Source: Dehalococcoidales bacterium
GTDB lineage: Bacteria; Chloroflexota; Dehalococcoidia; Dehalococcoidales; RBG-16-60-22
Direction of reading: 5' to 3'
DNA: 49,834 nt
NCBI GenBank assembly: GCA_034430515.1
Contig: DAOUEP010000035.1
Span: forward strand, 1-49,834
The first letter of the stretch is position 1, and each line of letters opens with the position of its first letter. This document shows, piece by piece, positions 44,608 to 49,834 of this stretch. The notes under the pieces were generated by a model that had not been told where the DNA came from, did not search any database, and saw nothing but the letters and a program-made list of their open reading frames with translations. The position numbers and the translations under genes are program-made.

Positions 44608-46155
44608 CTACGGCATTGGGAAGAGATACTTAAAGCTCCAGAGGGGGAAGGGCCAGTAATCGGTGCCGATGGCGCCGGGGTGGAAGTACGGTGTCCAGGG
44701 AGGGAAGACATAGCCGAACCAGCGGCTCTCCAGCGTCCTCACCGTCAGCCAGTCGGGCAGGATATGCAGGTCTAAGGCCCACTGGGCGTAGAGCAGCGCC
44801 CCCCAGACCACCAGCGCCGCCACGACCGGCGCCAGCACGCCGAGCGGGAACCGGTCGATGACCAGCGCCGCGATGACGACGATGGGAAATAGCCCCGGCA
44901 GCAGAAAGCGGTTGAGGAGGACGAAGCCCCCGCCCATCTTGAGCCCCGCCGTCCACTCGTAGCCCAGGTAGAGCAGGAAAACGGCGGCGAACCAGCCGAT
45001 AAGCACCAGCAGGATATTCCAGGGCAGCTCGCTGTTCAGGCTCGACCACCGGCCCTCCGCCCGCCCCCGCCGGAAGAAAGCGGCGCATTTATAATAGAGC
45101 ACCAGCAGAAAACCGGGCAGGCCGATGAACAAGAGCGGGAAGCCGATGAACAGGTTGCGGCCGTAACCTTCCAGGTTATAGCGGAGTATCTGCCACGGTA
45201 TGGACTCCCCGGCGGCGTCCACCTGCCCGATGTACTGGACGGCGAAATTGATGGGGTAGGGGGAGACGGCGTAGCCGTAAACGAGCGGGGACGCGAAGAC
45301 GTAGTAGTTGTAGAGCAGAATCGCCGCCAGGGGCAGGCCGATGCCCAGCGCCAGCGGGATGATTTCCGCCCCGAAGCCGGTCTTTTGCCCCCGACGCCAG
45401 GCGATGCACCTCATCACCACCAGGTGCAGGGCCAGGATAATGGCGATGAGCAAATTGGTATAGCGCGCGATGACCGACCAGCCGATGAAAAAGAAGGCCA
45501 GGAACAGCAGGATGCCGCCCTTTACCGCCGTGAGTCGCTCTCTCTCCAGGTGGTAGTAGAGGTACAGGCCGCCGCCGATGACCAGCATCGCCAGCGAGGC
45601 GTAGGTATCCATGTAGGCCCGGTTGAGCATGACCAGGGCGATGGGCGTGAAGAGTATCAGCAGCGAGCCGATCATGGCAGCCCGCTCACCCCTCAGGCGT
45701 TTGAGCAGGATAAAGGTGACGATGACCATACCCAGCGCCAGCACGACGTTGCCCCAGCGCGGCAGCCCCATTTTCCAGAAAGGCACCAAGTAAAAGACGT
45801 AGCCCGGCGCCTTTTCCAGGACCCACTTGTTGTATTCCAGGGGCAGGTACTGGAGCAGCGAGTTGCCCTGCTGCATGGTCTCCAGGGCTTGTTCGGCCTG
45901 GGCGTAATTGCTGACGGTGAAATCGCCGGCGGAGAAGTTCTTGGCACCGTGGTAGTAAGCCCAGTCGTCGGGGTCGGGCATCTGGAGGGGCGTGGCCAGT
46001 ATCAGGGCGGCGGCGGCGATAAAGCCGACCGCGACTATAGCCCGGTTGAGAGTGATACGCTGCCTTAGATGGAGCTTGCTGGCGATGGCTGCTGGCGAAA
46101 AATAGCGCATGATGACGGTTACTAAATATAACCACATCCTCATGGCCGTTTGCAA
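44608..46155 (-). CDS. Polytopic membrane protein, GT-C-fold glycosyltransferase-like (ArnT/PMT-like)
   Basis: 515 aa with about 12 TM helices and an early extracytoplasmic loop containing PDPDDWAYY. The family assignment is tentative. Confidence 0.5.
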   Translation of the reverse strand: MQTAMRMWLYLVTVIMRYFSPAAIASKLHLRQRITLNRAIVAVGFIAAAALILATPLQMPDPDDWAYYHGAKNFSAGDFTVSNYAQAEQALETMQQGNSLLQYLPLEYNKWVLEKAPGYVFYLVPFWKMGLPRWGNVVLALGMVIVTFILLKRLRGERAAMIGSLLILFTPIALVMLNRAYMDTYASLAMLVIGGGLYLYYHLERERLTAVKGGILLFLAFFFIGWSVIARYTNLLIAIILALHLVVMRCIAWRRGQKTGFGAEIIPLALGIGLPLAAILLYNYYVFASPLVYGYAVSPYPINFAVQYIGQVDAAGESIPWQILRYNLEGYGRNLFIGFPLLFIGLPGFLLVLYYKCAAFFRRGRAEGRWSSLNSELPWNILLVLIGWFAAVFLLYLGYEWTAGLKMGGGFVLLNRFLLPGLFPIVVIAALVIDRFPLGVLAPVVAALVVWGALLYAQWALDLHILPDWLTVRTLESRWFGYVFPPWTPYFHPGAIGTDYWPFPLWSFKYLFPMP

Positions 46156-46385
46156 GCGAAGCCGCCGCCGGTGATGGCCGCCTTCTCCAGCACCGCCAGC
46201 AGCTCCTGTTTGGTGGTGACGGCCTTAAACTCCCTGAGCTTGGCGGCTACCCAGTCCACCCGCTCTATCCGCACCGGGCAGGTCTTGTAGGCCGGGGTCT
46301 GGGTGACGGGGTCGAGGGTCTCCGGGCGGGAGCTGATGAGGCGGTTGGTGGGGCACTCGGCGAAGTGGAAGGTCATGGCGACCAT
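46140..46385 (-). pseudogene. Relic of the C-terminal molybdopterin-dinucleotide-binding domain of a formate dehydrogenase/Mo-oxidoreductase alpha subunit
   Basis: GMVAMTFHFAECPTNRLISSRPETLDPVTQTPAYKTCPVRIERV matches the conserved C-terminal signature (pG.v.mpfHf.e...N.Lt...lDP.s..PeyK.caVrve). The similarity continues upstream without a start codon into the 3-prime end of the SDR gene. There is no N-terminal Mo-bisPGD domain and no SD. Confidence 0.45.
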
Positions 46386-46419
46386 GCCCGCCGGGACGGC
46401 CCCGGTGACGCGGGCGCGG

Positions 46420-47313
46420 CTATTCTTCCGGCCGCTTGAAGAGAGCGGGCAGGGTGTCGGGCAAGTCCTCGCGCGACCGGCCTCTGGTCAGCGTTTCCGG
46501 CAGGGCGCGTGCCAGCTCCTCGGCGGTGAAGTCTCCGTCTTTCCAGAGCACCTGCGCCACCGGCGGCGGCTCGACGAAGATACCCACGTGGCCGCACCAG
46601 ACCTCGAAGATGCACCCGTTGATGTGGTCGGCGGCCTCGCTGGCGAGATAGGTGACCAGCGCGCTTACGTCCTCGGGGCGGTTGGCCTCGATGGCGGCCA
46701 GCTTGGTCGCCGCGCCGCGCCAGGCGGCGATGGGGCGGATGACGTTGCAGGTAACGCCGTAACCGGCCATGTCGCGGGCGATGGAGCGGGAAAAGCCGGT
46801 GATGGCTTCCTTGGCGGTGGAGTAGGTCGCCTGGCCCTTAAACCCCAGGCCGGTGTGCGACGAGGTATTGATTATCCGGCCGTAGCCCTGCTCCCTCATG
46901 TAGCCGCAGGCCCGGCGGGTGCAGTAGAAAGTGCCGTAGACGTGGGTCTTGATAACGGCGTCCCAGTCGGCGGCGTCGATTTCGCAGATATCGTCAACGC
47001 GGATAATGCCGGCGTTGTTCACCAGGATGTCAATCCGGCCGAAACTCTCCACGGCGTCGCGGATGATGCTATCCGCGGCGGCCTCTTCAGCGACGCTGGC
47101 GTAGCTGGCCACGGCCTTGCCGCCGTCCCGCCGAATTTTGGCAACGACGGCATCGGCGGCTTCATGAGAGCTGCCGTGGCCATCGTGGGAGGTGCCGATG
47201 TCGTTAACCACCACGCTGGCGCCCTGGGCGGCGAAACTCAGCGCGTAGGCCCTCCCCAGGCCGTTGCCGGCGCCGGTGATAACGGCGACCCTGCCCTTTA
47301 ACATGTCTCCCAT
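46420..47313 (-). CDS. Short-chain dehydrogenase/reductase (hydroxyacyl-CoA dehydrogenase-like)
   Basis: 297 aa. VAVITGAGNGLGRAYA, NNAG and YSTAK. Confidence 0.85.
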   Translation of the reverse strand: MGDMLKGRVAVITGAGNGLGRAYALSFAAQGASVVVNDIGTSHDGHGSSHEAADAVVAKIRRDGGKAVASYASVAEEAAADSIIRDAVESFGRIDILVNNAGIIRVDDICEIDAADWDAVIKTHVYGTFYCTRRACGYMREQGYGRIINTSSHTGLGFKGQATYSTAKEAITGFSRSIARDMAGYGVTCNVIRPIAAWRGAATKLAAIEANRPEDVSALVTYLASEAADHINGCIFEVWCGHVGIFVEPPPVAQVLWKDGDFTAEELARALPETLTRGRSREDLPDTLPALFKRPEE

Positions 47314-47463
47314 GAGACTCTCCCTTCCCCTCTTAGCTCCTCTTGGTTGCTTGAAGAAGTTTCCGTGTGATTGTAGTATAGCGCCGCCGTGAAAGCAATA
47401 TCATAGCGATGTCATGGCGATATGACAGCCGGCGTGAGAATTGCGATTTAGTAATGATAATCT

Positions 47464-47495
47464 AAAAGAAAAACCACCCGTTTCCCGGGTGGTTT
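47464..47495 (-). terminator. Rho-independent terminator after tRNA-Lys
   Basis: Minus strand AACCACCCGGGAAACGGGTGGTT followed by TTTCTTTT. Confidence 0.75.
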
Positions 47496-47524
47496 GCGTC
47501 AGATATGAAATTGACTTTAAGAAG

Positions 47525-47597
47525 TAGGCCGTACAGGTCTCGAACCTGTGACACCCTGATTAAAAGTCAGGTGCTCTACCAACTGAGCTAACGGCCC
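47525..47597 (-). tRNA. tRNA-Lys (anticodon TTT)
   Basis: The reverse complement is GGGCCGTTAGCTCAGTTGGTAGAGCACCTGACTTTTAATCAGGGTGTCACAGGTTCGAGACCTGTACGGCCTA. 73 nt, anticodon loop CTTTTAA, CCA not encoded. Confidence 0.95.
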
Positions 47598-47655
47598 GCG
47601 TCTAGCTCTTAATTCTAGCAAATCAGTCCCCCCGGCGCAACCTGGCGCGCTGGCT

Positions 47656-47685
47656 TTGTGAAGATAACGCCCCGTAGGCTATAAT
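47656..47685 (+). promoter_or_regulatory. Candidate promoter of ribD
   Basis: TTGTGA (47656-47661), 18-nt spacer, TATAAT (47680-47685). Confidence 0.45.
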
Positions 47686-47709
47686 AACAAGCACCGGCCA
47701 CCGGTATTT

Positions 47710-48822
47710 ATGGGGCACATAATGACGAAACAGGCAACGCCCGACGCAACCTACATGGAGCGCGCCCTGAAACTCGCCCGCCGAGGCTTAGGCTACGTCA
47801 GCCCGAACCCGATGGTAGGGGTGGTTATCGTCAGGGGCGGCCGCATCGTCGGGGAGGGCTACCACCGCCGCTACGGCGGCCCGCACGCCGAGGTCAATGC
47901 CATCGCCAGCGCTCAAGGGGCGACGTCCGGGGCGACGCTGTACGTCACCCTGGAGCCCTGCTGCCACTACGGCAAGACGCCCCCCTGCGTCGCGGCCGTG
48001 ATTAAGGCCGGTATCAAGAGGGTCGTCATCGGTACGCTCGACCCGTACCCCCAGATGCAAGGTAAGAGCCTGGAGATACTGCGTGAGGCCGGTATCGAAA
48101 CAGAAGTGGGCGTGCTGGAGGCCGCGTGCCTGGCCCTCAACGAGGTCTATTTCCACTACATCAACACCGGCCGCCCCTTCGTCACCGTCAAGTTCGCCCA
48201 GACCCTCGACGGGCGCATTGCCACCGCCGCCGGAAGCTCACGCTGGATAAGCTCGCCGCCGTCGCTGAAGCTGGCCCACCGCCTGCGCGCCCGCCACGAT
48301 GCCATTCTGGTGGGGGCCGGGACGGTGCTGGCCGACGACCCCGAGCTGACTACCCGGCTGGTGCGGGGGCGTAATCCCCTCCGCGTCGTGCTCGATTCCA
48401 GGCTCCGTTTGTCGCTGGCGGCCAAGGTGCTGACCAGGCAGGATAAGGCGCGCACGCTGGTCGCCGCGACCCCGGCCGCCGACCCGGCCAGGCTGGCGGC
48501 GCTTGGGGAGATGGGCATAGAGGTATTACAGGTGGTGGCGAATGCCGCCGGGCGGGTGGATTTAGAGAAACTGCTGCCGCAGCTGGCGGAGTGGCAGGTA
48601 TCCTCGGTGCTGGTGGAAGGCGGCGCGGCCGTAATTACGGCGTTCCTCAGGGCGGGGCTGGCGGACCGGCTGGTGGTCTTCATCGCGCCGCGGATTATAG
48701 GCCGGGGCATCGAGGCGGTGGGGGAGCTGGATATCGCCGAGGTGGCCGGGGCTATCAAGATTGATTACGAGCGGGTCTACCGGAGCGGGGAGGACATCGT
48801 GGTGGAGGGGAGGGTGGGGTGA
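47710..48822 (+). CDS. ribD: Bifunctional riboflavin biosynthesis deaminase/reductase
   Basis: 370 aa. CMP/dCMP deaminase motif HAEVNA...PCCHYGKTPPC, then a RibD C-terminal reductase domain. An alternative ATG lies at 47722. Confidence 0.9.
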   Translation: MGHIMTKQATPDATYMERALKLARRGLGYVSPNPMVGVVIVRGGRIVGEGYHRRYGGPHAEVNAIASAQGATSGATLYVTLEPCCHYGKTPPCVAAVIKAGIKRVVIGTLDPYPQMQGKSLEILREAGIETEVGVLEAACLALNEVYFHYINTGRPFVTVKFAQTLDGRIATAAGSSRWISSPPSLKLAHRLRARHDAILVGAGTVLADDPELTTRLVRGRNPLRVVLDSRLRLSLAAKVLTRQDKARTLVAATPAADPARLAALGEMGIEVLQVVANAAGRVDLEKLLPQLAEWQVSSVLVEGGAAVITAFLRAGLADRLVVFIAPRIIGRGIEAVGELDIAEVAGAIKIDYERVYRSGEDIVVEGRVG

Positions 48823-49679
48823 ACAAGCCGGAGTGCCGCTACATCGATAACCGCCGCGATTACGCCGCCTACCTGCAGGCTTTTGATAACCGGAAGTACA
48901 GCATCGTCGCCCTGGACCTGGAAGCCGAGATGAACCGCCATGCCTACGGCGAGCAGCTCTGCCTGCTTCAAGTCTACGACGGCGAGCAGGCCGTCGTCAT
49001 CGACCCGTTCAGAATCGCGCCCTCCCGTCTCAAGGTCTTTCTGGAAGACCGCCGCATCCTCAAGGTGATGTACGACGCTTCCAGCGACCTGTTCCTGCTG
49101 AAAAACGCCTGCGGTATCGAGGCGAAGTCGGTACTCGACCTGCGCCCCGCCGTCGAGCTGCTCGATTACGAGAAAAAAGACCTCCACGCGGTGATAGGGG
49201 CCGAGCTGGGCGTCGCCCTGGCCGGCAAGAATAAATTCCAGACGCAGAACTGGGTGAAGCGGCCGATAACCCCGCTGGCGCTGGATTACGCCGTCAACGA
49301 CGTTATCTACCTACTCCGGCTCAAGGATGCCTTCTTTAAAAAGCTCGGCGAGCGCGGCCTGCTCGACCGGTTCTGGCTGTATAATCTGCAAATCCAGGAC
49401 CGGGACTACACCCACGACCCCGGCGACCGCTACGCCCGGATAAAGGGGTTTCACCATCTTTCCCAGGAACGTAAGGACATCTTCCGCCGCCTCTATGATA
49501 TCCGCGATAAGCACGCCCGCCGCCTTAACATGCCGCCGAATAACGTGGTGAGCAACGTGAACCTGGTGGCGCTGGCCCGCGGCGAGCGAACGCCCGGCGA
49601 GCTACGCTTTCCCCGCCGGCTGCGGCCCGCTCTGGTGCAGGCTATCCGGGGGGAGTTGGAGGGGGTGGTGGAGGGTTAG
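48819..49679 (+). CDS. rnd: 3-prime-5-prime exonuclease, RNase D-like (DEDDy domain plus HRDC-like tail)
   Basis: GTG start overlapping the ribD stop, 286 aa. ALDLEAE, MYDASSDL and YAVNDVIYL exonuclease motifs. Confidence 0.75.
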   Translation: MNKPECRYIDNRRDYAAYLQAFDNRKYSIVALDLEAEMNRHAYGEQLCLLQVYDGEQAVVIDPFRIAPSRLKVFLEDRRILKVMYDASSDLFLLKNACGIEAKSVLDLRPAVELLDYEKKDLHAVIGAELGVALAGKNKFQTQNWVKRPITPLALDYAVNDVIYLLRLKDAFFKKLGERGLLDRFWLYNLQIQDRDYTHDPGDRYARIKGFHHLSQERKDIFRRLYDIRDKHARRLNMPPNNVVSNVNLVALARGERTPGELRFPRRLRPALVQAIRGELEGVVEG

Positions 49680-49834
49680 GGTGTAGGGAGGAGGGCATTA
49701 AGGATAAAGTAATCAGGGAAACAAACCTTTTAGAAAAGAAATCATTGCTCGGTTTTCTATTTAGATCTAGAAAGGTAAATTTTATTCAGTGTAGAAACGA
49801 AGTTTTCAATCAATTTTCCCTCATTTATCATAGT

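Noticed and set aside
47598-47709. Possible FMN (RFN) riboswitch upstream of ribD
   Set aside because: The spacer is only about 110 nt. After allowing for a good TTGTGA-18-TATAAT promoter, fewer than 30 nt of leader remain, and none of the conserved RFN core segments are visible.

Overview
High-GC (about 60-65% by eye) bacterial chromosomal segment, densely coded and mostly core metabolism plus a lot of signal transduction. The gene mix (archaeal-type thiolase/HMGCS/DUF35, split B12 methylmalonyl-CoA mutase, Mop-type aldehyde oxidoreductase, rubrerythrin, DUF169) suggests an anaerobe, possibly Chloroflexota-like, but that is only inference.

Gene order:
- radA (partial)
- HMGCS-like/DUF35 fusion, thiolase and methylmalonyl-CoA epimerase
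- tRNA-Gly
- a kinase-less signalling operon (secreted Ig-like protein, coiled-coil protein, KdpE-like regulator, REC-only protein, acidic lipoprotein)
- a multi-PAS kinase, REC and KdpE-like regulator operon
- aldehyde oxidoreductase
- ABC-F ATPase
- tRNA-Arg
- DUF169, DUF169, cupin
- slyD, yceD, rpmF, fabD, fabG
- purine salvage (PRTase, adenine deaminase, hpt)
- rubrerythrin
- split methylmalonyl-CoA mutase with an epimerase
- membrane proteins
- DUF169 with a PhoP/PhoR-like two-component system
- NAD-epimerase
- 7TM multi-PAS kinase, REC and an HD-GYP regulator
- cupin, GT-C membrane protein, SDR
- tRNA-Lys
- ribD and an RNase D-like gene

I found no CRISPR array, integrase, transposase, toxin-antitoxin pair or recognisable defence system.

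The observations I rate highest:
1. A promoter, leader ORF and antiterminator/terminator arrangement in front of the ABC-F gene.
2. A decayed copy of the tRNA-Arg 3-prime half that, with the intact tRNA, brackets a 5.1-kb segment.
3. Recurrent DUF169 and metal-cupin modules, one co-transcribed with a two-component system.
4. Two unannotated small membrane-protein paralogs that share a conserved upstream block.
5. An HMG-CoA-synthase-fold protein that seems to have lost its catalytic residues and is fused to DUF35.
6. A family of mosaic intergenic repeats, two copies of which flank fabG as an inverted pair.

All functional calls come from reading translations by eye. No database search was run.
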